Below, in pieces: positions 1 to 9,004 of a DNA stretch of 64,000 bases. A program made the position numbers and the translations under genes. The notes below the pieces were generated by a model. The model saw nothing but the letters and a program-made list of their open reading frames with translations, was not told the DNA's origin and searched no databases. The stretch comes from Alphaproteobacteria bacterium (lineage in GTDB: Bacteria; Pseudomonadota; Alphaproteobacteria; UBA9219), in the NCBI GenBank assembly GCA_028683655.1, contig JAQUHK010000001.1, positions 11,526 to 75,525 of the forward strand, written 5' to 3'. Every line of letters begins with the position of its first letter. Position 1 is the stretch's first letter.

Positions 1-155
1 TTCCTGTTCTGGCGTGGAGACACGGGCGAGAATAACGGCTGGTTTCATGGGCGGCACCTCATAAGCTGAAGAAAGGACCCCTCGATCATGGACGATAAGC
101 AAAAAGCGTCAATAGCCCCCTACGGGATATAGTTCGAAAAAACCAACAAACGGCG

Positions 156-347
156 TTATTTATCAGTGCGATGAGGCCCTGAAAATTTATTTTGCTCCTC
201 GATCTGCATCAAGGTCGTGACAAAGCCGACAAGGTTGTGAAACGCCTCAATGGCCTCGGATTCTGTGAAGGGCTTGTCAGGGCAATAGGCATTCAACTTG
301 GCTTGGAACTTTTTATAATCGACGGGGACGATCATCGGCTCCTCCAT
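156..347 (-). CDS. hypothetical small protein (63 aa)
   Basis: Six-frame ORF only. No recognisable motif. Sits at the left edge of the putative acquired region. Confidence 0.25.
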   Translation of the reverse strand: MEEPMIVPVDYKKFQAKLNAYCPDKPFTESEAIEAFHNLVGFVTTLMQIEEQNKFSGPHRTDK

Positions 348-573
348 AAAAAAAGCCCGTCTGGAAAACCATGACGGGCGGTGGGTGGAAGTAGAAAATT
401 AGTCTTGTTAAACCTTAACCACAGCTGTGTAGTTGGAACTATATTAACAAGCTATATCAGTCAGTTGCCGGCCACCTCCTATCGCTAGAGTCTTCGCACC
501 CAAACAGAAAGTAATGTTTTATTAAGTAAGGCTGGAACAGATGTGGTTTCTCGGATAAAATGCAACAAAGGGG

Positions 574-972
574 TTGTCAGCCTCTGAGGCTACGATTTGG
601 AGTATCCGAATGTTTTCAGACGATACGAACATCACCAAACCACAAGATGAAACAGGGGTAAAATCCGCTGGGGAGGGGTTATGCTTATACCAGCAAAGCG
701 CGACAGCGCAGTTCAACGGCTCTCCCCTTGACGAATTGAAAGACGTTCTTGTTGCTCGCGGAGAACGAAAAATAGAAGAAACTTCTGACCGGCTTATTGC
801 ACAGTTGCACGAAGGCAAGCTGCTCAGCGAAGAAGCAATATCCCGCATTTCCGGAGAAGTTGCCGAAAAGGTTGTTTCAAAGATTTTTCCTGCGGATGTC
901 GAACCCCAAAGGGACTTCGTCAGTTCAGTTAAAAGGCTGGTACGCACCCCAAGCAAGGCCTTGGGGTTTTGA
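574..972 (+). CDS. hypothetical protein (132 aa)
   Basis: ORF with a protein-like composition. The overlapping minus-strand ORF 522..956 is Ser-rich low complexity and was not chosen. Confidence 0.25.
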   Translation: MSASEATIWSIRMFSDDTNITKPQDETGVKSAGEGLCLYQQSATAQFNGSPLDELKDVLVARGERKIEETSDRLIAQLHEGKLLSEEAISRISGEVAEKVVSKIFPADVEPQRDFVSSVKRLVRTPSKALGF

Positions 973-1083
973 TAAAATAAGGTAAACGCACATTTACCAA
1001 TATTTCTTTGCTAATCCTCTATTTTTCTCCCCCTAAATTAACCCGCCGCTAATCATGGCAACGTAAGCTTATCAAATATTCTG

Positions 1084-2091
1084 TTGGGGCATTTGATGGC
1101 TGTTCGTTTAACCGAAGATTTTTTACGCAAGTCTATTTCTGCGTTTACAGAAGGTGAACGCGAAAACGACCCTGTTGCTTTGCAAGCGCTGATTGTATTT
1201 CTGAAGAAGGCAGCACAGAATTCGGAAACATTCGCAAAAGCTCGTAAGAGCCTTCATAGTAACACCGCGATTTTAAGCTTCATTGAGGAAATACGAGAAG
1301 ACACTTTTAAACAAGATAGTGAGTTGCGCAAGAAAACGATTGAACAAGTTCGCCTCCAAATTGCCGAAGAGGTGCGCACAGAAATAGAGCCAAGTCTTCG
1401 CCCAGAGATAGAAAAGAGGATTAGGCAAGAATTTGAGCAGAGTTCAAAGAAAGAACTTAAACAAAGCACCGAGGAAATCATTCGTCTTGTAAAAGAAATG
1501 GACTCGAAATTATCGAGCCAGTCGCAGACGACGCACGGAAAGCTCGAAACGGCAGAAATCAGAGCTGATCGTCTTGGTATGCAGCTCAGCAAAGCCCATG
1601 ACAAACTGGACTCTACAACAGAGCAGTTAAAACAAGCCTCCACTGAAATTGCAAAGCTAAAAACCGAGCTTGTGAAAGCTGGGCAGAAAGGCAAACGGGA
1701 TTTCCGTGTTGGGACTGCCATAGGGATAATTGGGCTTGTTATTGGATTGATCAGTCTTAAACCCATGCTTTCAGATTTGTTAAACAACAACCAAACAGAT
1801 GACGATAAAGCCACATCTGAAAAACAACAAACACAAGGATATCAAAACAAAGAGCCTGATCCAAAGAATGACAATTATTCAGCCCCCACGAACAATAACG
1901 AACAAAGGCAAGGCATGCGTCCAAAGGATCCAAGCGCGGAAGGCCACGAGCCATTGAAGGTCGTTACTTTGTTCGGGAAAGCAAAGCGAGCCGTGGCCCA
2001 CGGTCGGCACAAAGCTTATAAGCAAAACCATCGTCCCCACTGCAAGGGCTCTTGGAAAATAAGAGGACAAAAGCAACATAGGCCGTCCTGA
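1084..2091 (+). CDS. hypothetical coiled-coil protein with one predicted transmembrane helix and a basic C-terminal tail
   Basis: Long heptad-like E/K/Q-rich region. Hydrophobic segment GTAIGIIGLVIGLISL. Lys/Arg/His-rich C-terminus. No family recognised. Confidence 0.4.
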   Translation: MGHLMAVRLTEDFLRKSISAFTEGERENDPVALQALIVFLKKAAQNSETFAKARKSLHSNTAILSFIEEIREDTFKQDSELRKKTIEQVRLQIAEEVRTEIEPSLRPEIEKRIRQEFEQSSKKELKQSTEEIIRLVKEMDSKLSSQSQTTHGKLETAEIRADRLGMQLSKAHDKLDSTTEQLKQASTEIAKLKTELVKAGQKGKRDFRVGTAIGIIGLVIGLISLKPMLSDLLNNNQTDDDKATSEKQQTQGYQNKEPDPKNDNYSAPTNNNEQRQGMRPKDPSAEGHEPLKVVTLFGKAKRAVAHGRHKAYKQNHRPHCKGSWKIRGQKQHRPS

Positions 2092-2277
2092 TGTTGCTTT
2101 TTGCGTCAAACTCGTCAATCTGATCGCCTAAACGTAAAGGTTCGGTCTCAAAACAACCCCGTTGTTTTCTCCGCCCAATCCCCCCCCCCTAAAAGCCACA
2201 CGCGTTGTAAAACCTGCGCTTCTTGCGGCCTAAACCCATAAAGCGGTTGACGCGAATCCCCTACGTCTTTAGTTTTA

Positions 2278-5200
2278 TTGACGAATCATGCGGGTATTCA
2301 TACCCATGCATTTGCTTGCCTGAAGCACACTCCTGTACAGAAGAAGGATCATCTTGTGCCTGTATTCCGTTTGAAGCCCTTTGTCTTTGTTGCCGTTTTG
2401 GTTATTGCGGCAATGTCTCTTCCTCTTACGGTCGCTGCGGGGACATGGAGCGGGCAGAAATCGGCTTATCAGTTGATTTTGGACAAGCTGGGCAAGGCTG
2501 ATCCCAAAAGCATGAATCTGGAGCAGGCACAGGCGTTTATCGAAGACCTTAAATCCCTTGCGCAAACGGAAGCGCTTCTTCCTTCGTCCATCTATGGCAA
2601 CAGCGCGACGGGGGCGAGTGGTCGCGAGGCGAGCGCGTGGGAAAAACGGGCGGCGTCGCAGGCTGTGGCGGTGGGGCAGACTCTGAGTGCGTCCAGCACG
2701 GCGGATGTGGCGGCGACGTTGGCGCAGAGCGGGCAGGCTTTGCTGCCGGACGGATCGGGCGCGGCACAGGGCTGGATGCAGGACAAGCTGCGCGGCGCGT
2801 TGGGGCAGACGGATAACAAGATGGCGGCGGGCGCGATCAATGGCGCGACCAGCGAGCTGGCAAGGGGCACCAGCAATCTGGCCAGCGGTTATGCCACGTC
2901 ACAGATCGGCCTGTCGGACGGCGTTGATGCCAGCAGCAGCCTGAACCAGATGGCGCTGCGCACGGGGCTTGAGGGCGCCAAGGGCGCGGCGGCGGCCAGC
3001 TCGGTCTATGCGTTGAGCCACATGGAGATGGACTATACCCTGTCGGGCAGCGGGATCGACGAGTACTTGGCCTTGATGGTGCAGCCGCTTTGGAACAACA
3101 ACGACCTGCATCACAATATCTTTATACAGGGTTCCTATTCCAACAAGGACGTGACCGACGCGTGGGCGGATACAAGCTCGCGCCGCGATACGGTGAACAC
3201 AGGTCTGGCGTACCGCTGGATCACGCCGGATGAACAGCATATGTTCGGGGTGAACAGCTTCTTTGACCACCAGTGGCCGTATCACCATAACCGCATGTCG
3301 CTGGGTCTGGATTACAAGAACAGCCTGTATGGCGTGGCGTTCAACAAGTACTTCGGCCTGTCCGATTGGCGCGGACGGGTTGACGTGTATGAAGAAAAGG
3401 CTCTGGGTGGCGAAGACCTTGAGTTCTCGGGTCGGTTGAGACAGGCCCCTGAGCTTGAGCTGTTCGTGAAGGGCTATCACTGGGCCCAGGAAGCGACGGC
3501 GGTAGTGAACCCCGACGGGGACGACATCTGGGGCTATGAGCTGGCGGCAGAATACGCGCCGATCAACGCCTTCTCGGTGCGTAGCGCGATCAGCAAGGAT
3601 AACGAGATGGACCGCGCGGCGGGCGAGATCACGCTGCGGCTGAACTATGCGTTTGGGCAAGGCTGGGATGATTTGTGGAGTCGACCCCATTATGACCTGA
3701 GTTCGGTGGTGTCGCGGCGGTTTGAGAAAGTGCGGCGCACGAACGAGATACGGGTGCAGACGCGCCAGAACCTGAGCGTGACGGCGCGGGTGACCTATGC
3801 GCAAGGCGCGAATGTGAGCGTGGGGCAAAGCTTGGCCTTTGGCACGACGATAACGACCAGCAGCGCAGCTGGCAATGCCGCAACGGTTCTGTTCGGCAGC
3901 GGGGCGCGGCTTGATATGGGGCAAAGCACCTCGGTCCGGCTTGAGAAGGACAAGGTGGTCTTGATATCCGGCCTTATGCAGTACACGAGCGGCACAGGCG
4001 GGATCACGACGATTACGGTGCCCAACGGCACGATCAACCTGCTGGGCACGGACGTAGATGTGCGCGTGTCGGGCAGCACGACAACCCTGCGCGTCCGCGA
4101 CGGCGCAGCGAACTTCAAGGATGAAAGCGGTACGACCCGCGTGGATAAGGAAGAGCTGGCGGAAAGCCAGCCCAATGACAGCGCCGCGCCACAAATCCGC
4201 GCATCGAGCACGTCGATTTACGAGACGCATGCGAGCGAAGCGCACGAACAGCTTGACCTTGTGGGCCCAACCCCGACGAGCGCAAAGGCCGCGCCCTATG
4301 CGAAGGCAGATGTGAGCGTGAGCGGCACGATGTCTGTGGGACAGACCCTGACCTTTACGGTGCCGCTGAGCGCAGCGGTGAATGTAAGCGGTTCGCCGCA
4401 ACTGGCCTTTACGCTGGGCGGGCAAGACCGGCTGGCGGACTATGCAAGCGGCAGCGGGACGACGAGCCTGATCTTCACCTATACGGTTGTGAGCGCGGAT
4501 GAAACCCTGTCCACGATCATCGCACAAGAAGTCCAGAAGAACGGCGGCAGCTTAACAGGCAGCAACGGTGCTCCCATGGTGTTGACCGTCTCTGGTACCT
4601 CGACCGGCACCGTGCCCGATCTGGTAGCCCCCACGATTACGGCCCTGACGGCGGTAACGAGCGGCAGCACACCGGCAGGCACCAACGACGTGATCACTTT
4701 TACGCTGGATGCGAGTGAAACGCTGGTCAAGAGCGGCAACCCGACCCTGACCTTAGACATTGGCGGTGTAACCCGCACGGCGACGTTCGCAAGCATCACA
4801 TCGGGCAATGCGATCTTCACCTATACGGTGCAGGCTGGCGACAGCGACACGGACGGGATCACGGTGACGGCGCTCAACATAGCCGCCACTGAGCTGACGG
4901 ACGGATCTGGCAATGATCTGGATACAACGCTGACCCTGCCGCAAAATATGAGCATCACGATCACAACATTGATGGGCCTGTCAACTTGCCCCAGCGGCGA
5001 CCTGTCGGCCCCGACGAACGCGGGCTGTGCCAGATTGTTCGGCAGCGACCCGACGAGCCTGAACGACGTGATGGTGTACGCGGGCGACGTTCCGGGCACA
5101 ACGACGGACTTCTTCGTCCGGCGTTGTGACCTCGGCATGACATGGAGCACCGCGACCTCGTCCTGCACCGGCACGCGCAGCACGATGCAGTGGAAGGACA

Positions 5201-5634
5201 GCCTGACGCAGTCGGCCACGACGGACATAGGAACCGGCACGGCATGGGATAATGACAATGCCGCGAACGGCCCGAACAACACGGCCTTGCTCGTGGCGGA
5301 CGCGACGGGCGTGCACGCTGCGGCAGAAACCTGTAACGCATTGGCTGGCGGCGGCTGGTACTTGCCTGCGATCTCTGAGCTTGACGTGATGTATGCCAAC
5401 CTGATTGGCACGGATGATGTGGATCATCCGCTCCCGACGGTGAACAGCGATCTGGATGATGACCACAGCGGCACGACAGGCCCCCTCAGGGCAAGCTTTA
5501 ACACAAGTGGTTCATACTACTGGTCGTCCTCAGAGGGCAGTACTAATGGCGCGTGGATTCAGCGGTTCAGTGACGGCAATCAGAGCAACTACGGCAAGAC
5601 GACCAATTACTATGTTCGGTGTGCCCGGAGATGA
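2278..5634 (+). CDS. inverse autotransporter (intimin/invasin-family, type Ve) adhesin with Ig-like passenger repeats and C-terminal DUF1566 (C-type-lectin-fold) domain; DGR target protein
   Basis: Signal-peptide-like FVFVAVLVIAAMSLPLTVAAG; the true start could be the GTG at 2356. The region NIFIQGSYSNKD...GLDYKNSLYG...ITLRLNYAFGQGWDDLWSRPHY resembles the intimin/invasin beta-barrel. Repeated Ig-like modules (TFTV..SG.P.L.FTLGG....A.Y.SGSGT..L.FTYTV). The C-terminal WYLPAISEL...YYWSSSE..AW.QRFSDG.......YYVRCAR matches the DUF1566/Lcl C-terminal framework. The last 116 bp are the DGR VR. Confidence 0.8.
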   Translation: MTNHAGIHTHAFACLKHTPVQKKDHLVPVFRLKPFVFVAVLVIAAMSLPLTVAAGTWSGQKSAYQLILDKLGKADPKSMNLEQAQAFIEDLKSLAQTEALLPSSIYGNSATGASGREASAWEKRAASQAVAVGQTLSASSTADVAATLAQSGQALLPDGSGAAQGWMQDKLRGALGQTDNKMAAGAINGATSELARGTSNLASGYATSQIGLSDGVDASSSLNQMALRTGLEGAKGAAAASSVYALSHMEMDYTLSGSGIDEYLALMVQPLWNNNDLHHNIFIQGSYSNKDVTDAWADTSSRRDTVNTGLAYRWITPDEQHMFGVNSFFDHQWPYHHNRMSLGLDYKNSLYGVAFNKYFGLSDWRGRVDVYEEKALGGEDLEFSGRLRQAPELELFVKGYHWAQEATAVVNPDGDDIWGYELAAEYAPINAFSVRSAISKDNEMDRAAGEITLRLNYAFGQGWDDLWSRPHYDLSSVVSRRFEKVRRTNEIRVQTRQNLSVTARVTYAQGANVSVGQSLAFGTTITTSSAAGNAATVLFGSGARLDMGQSTSVRLEKDKVVLISGLMQYTSGTGGITTITVPNGTINLLGTDVDVRVSGSTTTLRVRDGAANFKDESGTTRVDKEELAESQPNDSAAPQIRASSTSIYETHASEAHEQLDLVGPTPTSAKAAPYAKADVSVSGTMSVGQTLTFTVPLSAAVNVSGSPQLAFTLGGQDRLADYASGSGTTSLIFTYTVVSADETLSTIIAQEVQKNGGSLTGSNGAPMVLTVSGTSTGTVPDLVAPTITALTAVTSGSTPAGTNDVITFTLDASETLVKSGNPTLTLDIGGVTRTATFASITSGNAIFTYTVQAGDSDTDGITVTALNIAATELTDGSGNDLDTTLTLPQNMSITITTLMGLSTCPSGDLSAPTNAGCARLFGSDPTSLNDVMVYAGDVPGTTTDFFVRRCDLGMTWSTATSSCTGTRSTMQWKDSLTQSATTDIGTGTAWDNDNAANGPNNTALLVADATGVHAAAETCNALAGGGWYLPAISELDVMYANLIGTDDVDHPLPTVNSDLDDDHSGTTGPLRASFNTSGSYYWSSSEGSTNGAWIQRFSDGNQSNYGKTTNYYVRCARR

Positions 5635-5636
5635 AT
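5516..5636 (+). repeat. DGR variable repeat (VR) including the putative IMH at its 3' end
   Basis: Aligns to 6443..6563 without gaps. 11 of 14 mismatches sit where TR has A (VR has G/T/C), all inside TR AAC/AAT codons. The last two mismatches (cgg vs cgt, aga vs agt) are non-A and lie at the GC-rich 3' end, as expected for IMH versus IMH*. Confidence 0.8.
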
Positions 5637-5746
5637 TATTTAATCCTTTAATCATTTTCTTCTGTTCCCGCGAAGCGGGGCGCGGAAAATTTTTAAGGGA
5701 TCATGATGTGTGACATGCGTTTGGGCGGTTAGAAAGTGGTGCGCTA

Positions 5747-6109
5747 ATGGCACAGTACAAACATTTACCGATATATAAGGCCGCTTATGACCTTTTGCTT
5801 CGGTTGATGATGGCGACAAAGGATTTTCCGCGTGATTATAAATACACATTGGGCGAGAAAATGCGGGATGAGGTGTTGGAGCTTATCCTATTTATCTATC
5901 GCGCCAACAGCGCGGCGGATCGCACGGCGCATATCACAGAAATTCTTGAACGCATCCAGCTTGTGGAGGTCATGCTGCGCATGGCCCACGATCTGCGCGT
6001 TCTGCCCCGTGGCAAATATGCGGGGCTTGTAGAAATGACAGACAGCTTGGCGCGTCAAGCGCAAGGCTGGCTTAAAAGTTCGGGGAAGAGGAAGCCAGAA
6101 CAAGTTTGA
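5747..6109 (+). CDS. avd: DGR accessory variability determinant Avd (four-helix-bundle protein)
   Basis: 120-aa basic helical protein between target and TR. Size, position and sequence character (KDFPRDYKYTLGEKMRDEVLEL...) fit the Avd/four-helix-bundle family of DGRs. Confidence 0.7.
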   Translation: MAQYKHLPIYKAAYDLLLRLMMATKDFPRDYKYTLGEKMRDEVLELILFIYRANSAADRTAHITEILERIQLVEVMLRMAHDLRVLPRGKYAGLVEMTDSLARQAQGWLKSSGKRKPEQV

Positions 6110-6442
6110 GTCAAGGCTCGGCTTGGAGAGCGCATTCATCTCGGATAGCGGCGGTGTGCGGAAAAGGAGGTTAACCAGACAAGCTTTACAAGAAACGAGT
6201 GCCCAGCCAAAAACGTCTCGATTTCCTATCCACAGACCTGACGACCTTCGCGCCCAGTATCTTGAAACTGTTTTGTATCACGTCCTTCAAAGCCCACCAA
6301 AGCAGAGGCGAAGGACCTGCCTACGCCAAGGCTTCCGCCGTCGTTCTTCGAACTATGGCGGACAAGTCGGCAAGGCAGGGTCGCTGAAGTCGCCTGTGGT
6401 GAGTCTTCGCCATGGGCGTTCATAAGATCGCTATCAAACGTA

Positions 6443-6563
6443 ACTACTGGTCGTCCTCAGAGAACAATACTAATAACGCGTGGATTCAGCGGTTCAGTGA
6501 CGGCAATCAGAACAACAACAATAAGACGAACAATAACTATGTTCGTTGTGCCCGGAGTTGAAT
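6443..6563 (+). repeat. DGR template repeat (TR)
   Basis: Intergenic copy of the target 3' end. Translated in the VR frame it is Asn-rich (nine AAY codons), typical of a TR. It ends about 40 bp before the RT start codon. Confidence 0.8.
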
Positions 6564-6602
6564 CCTCTTTCCCGATTCAATCTTGTTTTCATAAGGCCTG
6601 TT

Positions 6603-7733
6603 ATGCCCTTTACCCCCGCTGAGCTGACGCTTGAAGTGCTGTTTGATGCCTATTTTGACTGCAGACGCCATAAGCGCAATACGCTGCATCAGTTGGCCTT
6701 TGAAGCCGATCTGGAACGCAACCTTATGTCCCTATGGTATGATTTGCGCGACGGAAATTACCATATCGGGCGCAGTATCGCGTTTGTCGTGACCTATCCC
6801 AAAGCGCGCGAGGTCTGGGCGGCCAGCTTTCGGGATAGGATCGTGCATCACCTGATTTACAATGCGATCAAGGGGCGTTTCTATGCGCGGTTTATCAGGG
6901 ATACCTATGCCTGCATTCCCACGCGCGGGGCGCATGATGGTTGTCGCCGTGTGTCCGGCTTCGCGCGGTCTGTGACTCGCAACTGGACGCGGCCCGCTTT
7001 TGTGTTGAAGGCTGATGTTGCGAGTTTTTTCACCAGCATCAATCACGGCATTCTTCTGGATATTTTACGCCCCCTCGTTCCCGAAGTGTGGTTGTGGGAT
7101 TTGATTTGCCAAGTCGTTCATCACAATCCCCGCGAAGATGCCATTTTTCGCTCAACGAACAGGCTATTCAATCTGGTGCCACTGCATAAAAGCTTGCTTC
7201 ATGCACCTCATGACAGAGGGCTTCCCATCGGCAACCTGACAAGCCAGTTTTTCGCCAATGTCTATATGAACGAGTTGGATCAATTCGCCAAGCACGCGCT
7301 TCGCGCCAAATACTATGGCCGCTATGTCGATGACATTGTGATGTTCGACGAAAGCGCAGAGGTGTTGAACGAACATTATGCGCGGATGGAGACGTTTCTT
7401 TTGGACTATCTCGATTTGCGGCTTCATCCCGATAAAAAGAAACTCCACCCTGCCGCGCAGGGCATTGACTTTGTTGGCTTCGTCATCAAACCCAACCGCA
7501 CCTACCTGCGCAATATGTCGGTTGCACGTTGCAAGCAAAAGATTGCGGCATGGGAGCATAAGGGCTGTCCGTTGGAGCCGGAAGGCCTTGCCAAACTAGG
7601 CGAGTCCGTCACCAGCTATCTGGGTATGTTGCGCCGTGTGAACGGCTACCGCGCCCGAAAATCCCTATGTGGGCATTTCAACAACCTGTTTATCTATCCC
7701 GATAACGAATTTACGAAACTGATTGTGCCTTAA
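6603..7733 (+). CDS. DGR reverse transcriptase
   Basis: RT motifs including RYVDDIVMF (YxDD) and LPIGNLTSQFFANVYMNELD (DGR-typical I/LGxxxSQ motif). The six-frame ORF begins at 6546 inside TR. The first ATG after TR (6603, MPFTPAEL...) is taken as the start. Confidence 0.85.
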   Translation: MPFTPAELTLEVLFDAYFDCRRHKRNTLHQLAFEADLERNLMSLWYDLRDGNYHIGRSIAFVVTYPKAREVWAASFRDRIVHHLIYNAIKGRFYARFIRDTYACIPTRGAHDGCRRVSGFARSVTRNWTRPAFVLKADVASFFTSINHGILLDILRPLVPEVWLWDLICQVVHHNPREDAIFRSTNRLFNLVPLHKSLLHAPHDRGLPIGNLTSQFFANVYMNELDQFAKHALRAKYYGRYVDDIVMFDESAEVLNEHYARMETFLLDYLDLRLHPDKKKLHPAAQGIDFVGFVIKPNRTYLRNMSVARCKQKIAAWEHKGCPLEPEGLAKLGESVTSYLGMLRRVNGYRARKSLCGHFNNLFIYPDNEFTKLIVP

Positions 7734-9004
7734 GCCACCAACTCAAACATCGGCCTACCGTAATCGTCGGCCTTGGCGGTGGTTTGCAGTGGCCGTGCCG
7801 GTGGGATGGGGAAGCCAGCTGCGCCTTGGGGCATGGCGGCGAAGTCCATAGAAGCCGGAAGCATGGGGTGCGGGCCAAGCTTGCGGGTTGTGAGGCCTAG
7901 CTCTTTCAGAGCGGCTGTTATCTCAGGCTCGTTCAGAACGTGGATGCGAATGATCGGTTGTTTGCTGCCGATGATTGGGTAATCATCCGCTGTGCCGCGC
8001 TTTGGCACAAACAGCTCATCCGCGCTTGAGCCATAGGCGGCGCGAAGGATTTCATCGCGGTGGGCCGTGATCGGGATGATGGGGCTGCGTTTTGATTTTG
8101 TTGTGGGTGCGGTTGGCTGTCCCCATCTTCTGTCCTCGATCTCGTCGGATCCCACGCGGATCAGGGAAACCAGCACGTCCTTCAGCTCGCTTCCTTTTGG
8201 CAGATGGCCGTTGCTTGTGATCTGCACCCGCGTCACAGTTTGATCCGTGAAGGTTGAATAGCCTTCCGTAAAGCTGGCCGCGATCTGTTGCGTACCACTG
8301 CCGTTTTCCCAGTGGTTTACAAAGATGCGCCTTGCGGGTGTGCCGTTTGCGGTGAGAATCTCCCGCGTTTCAACCTCCATCGGCCAGCGGGGCTTGAGGT
8401 GATAAAGCCCATCCAGTTCAAAAACCGCGTCTTGTGTTGCTATGCCGAGGCTTGCACCAAAGTGATCGAGCAAAGCAATCATATTGGTGCTGTGCGCCGA
8501 GAATTCGCCGATGCGGCCTCGTGGTGTTGCTCCAAACAGCGGACTGCCTTCGGTCAGCATTTTGCGCATTCGCTCTTGCTCGAAGAGTAAGCCAAGCTGG
8601 GTGCCGCTGTAACAAGGCCTTCCGTTACGATCTTTCAGGAGGGCTTTGATCTGTTCGGGTAACAGGCATGTGTCCTCGCCATAGGTCGCGGCGTAGTGGA
8701 CAATCTGGTTTCCTTCACGGACACCCATAACCGTGGGGAACTCAATCGCTACGCCTATTGGCCTTGGGGTGCAGTTCTCCCACGCGGCCAATAGGAACTG
8801 GGCTTGAATCTTTCCCGTGCGTACCGCATGGATGATGCGGCTGGCCCGCGCCGGATCAAAATATGCGCCGTGGGTTTTGGCTTCATGCCGAATCGCGTCT
8901 TCAAGGGTTTTTCCCAGCATGGCACAATGCACCGGATCATGCGGGTTCATCGTGACAACAGCCAGTTGAAAGCCGCCCAGTCTTTGAAGAAGCGGCTGTT
9001 CCAT
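7730..9004 (-). CDS. hypothetical protein (424 aa), translationally coupled to upstream XRE-family regulator
   Basis: Long ORF of good coding quality. Its start codon overlaps the stop of the 9004..9654 gene. No HipA, Fic, HExxH or nucleotidyltransferase signature could be confirmed by eye. Confidence 0.5.
   Translation of the reverse strand: MEQPLLQRLGGFQLAVVTMNPHDPVHCAMLGKTLEDAIRHEAKTHGAYFDPARASRIIHAVRTGKIQAQFLLAAWENCTPRPIGVAIEFPTVMGVREGNQIVHYAATYGEDTCLLPEQIKALLKDRNGRPCYSGTQLGLLFEQERMRKMLTEGSPLFGATPRGRIGEFSAHSTNMIALLDHFGASLGIATQDAVFELDGLYHLKPRWPMEVETREILTANGTPARRIFVNHWENGSGTQQIAASFTEGYSTFTDQTVTRVQITSNGHLPKGSELKDVLVSLIRVGSDEIEDRRWGQPTAPTTKSKRSPIIPITAHRDEILRAAYGSSADELFVPKRGTADDYPIIGSKQPIIRIHVLNEPEITAALKELGLTTRKLGPHPMLPASMDFAAMPQGAAGFPIPPARPLQTTAKADDYGRPMFELVA

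Larger units (their letters stand above)
2278..7733 (+). mobile_element. diversity-generating retroelement (DGR) cassette: target gene with VR - avd - TR - RT
   Basis: Canonical gene order. A 116-bp TR/VR repeat pair with adenine-specific mismatches. Avd-like four-helix-bundle ORF. RT with YVDD and a DGR-type SQ motif. Confidence 0.8.

Noticed and set aside
2899-4527. 542-aa minus-strand ORF antisense to the inverse-autotransporter gene
   Set aside because: Arg/Ala/His-rich shadow ORF typical of high-GC antisense frames. The plus-strand gene has a clear domain structure.
6123-6425. 100-aa and 62-65-aa ORFs in the avd-TR spacer
   Set aside because: Arg/Ser/Gln-rich, overlapping on both strands, no RBS. 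More likely non-coding DGR RNA or promoter sequence.
6546-6602. Six-frame ORF start for the RT at 6546 (MCPELNPLSRFNLVFIRPV...)
   Set aside because: These 19 codons lie inside the template repeat and its 3' flank. The RT almost certainly starts at the ATG at 6603. Taking 6546 would wrongly fuse TR into the RT.
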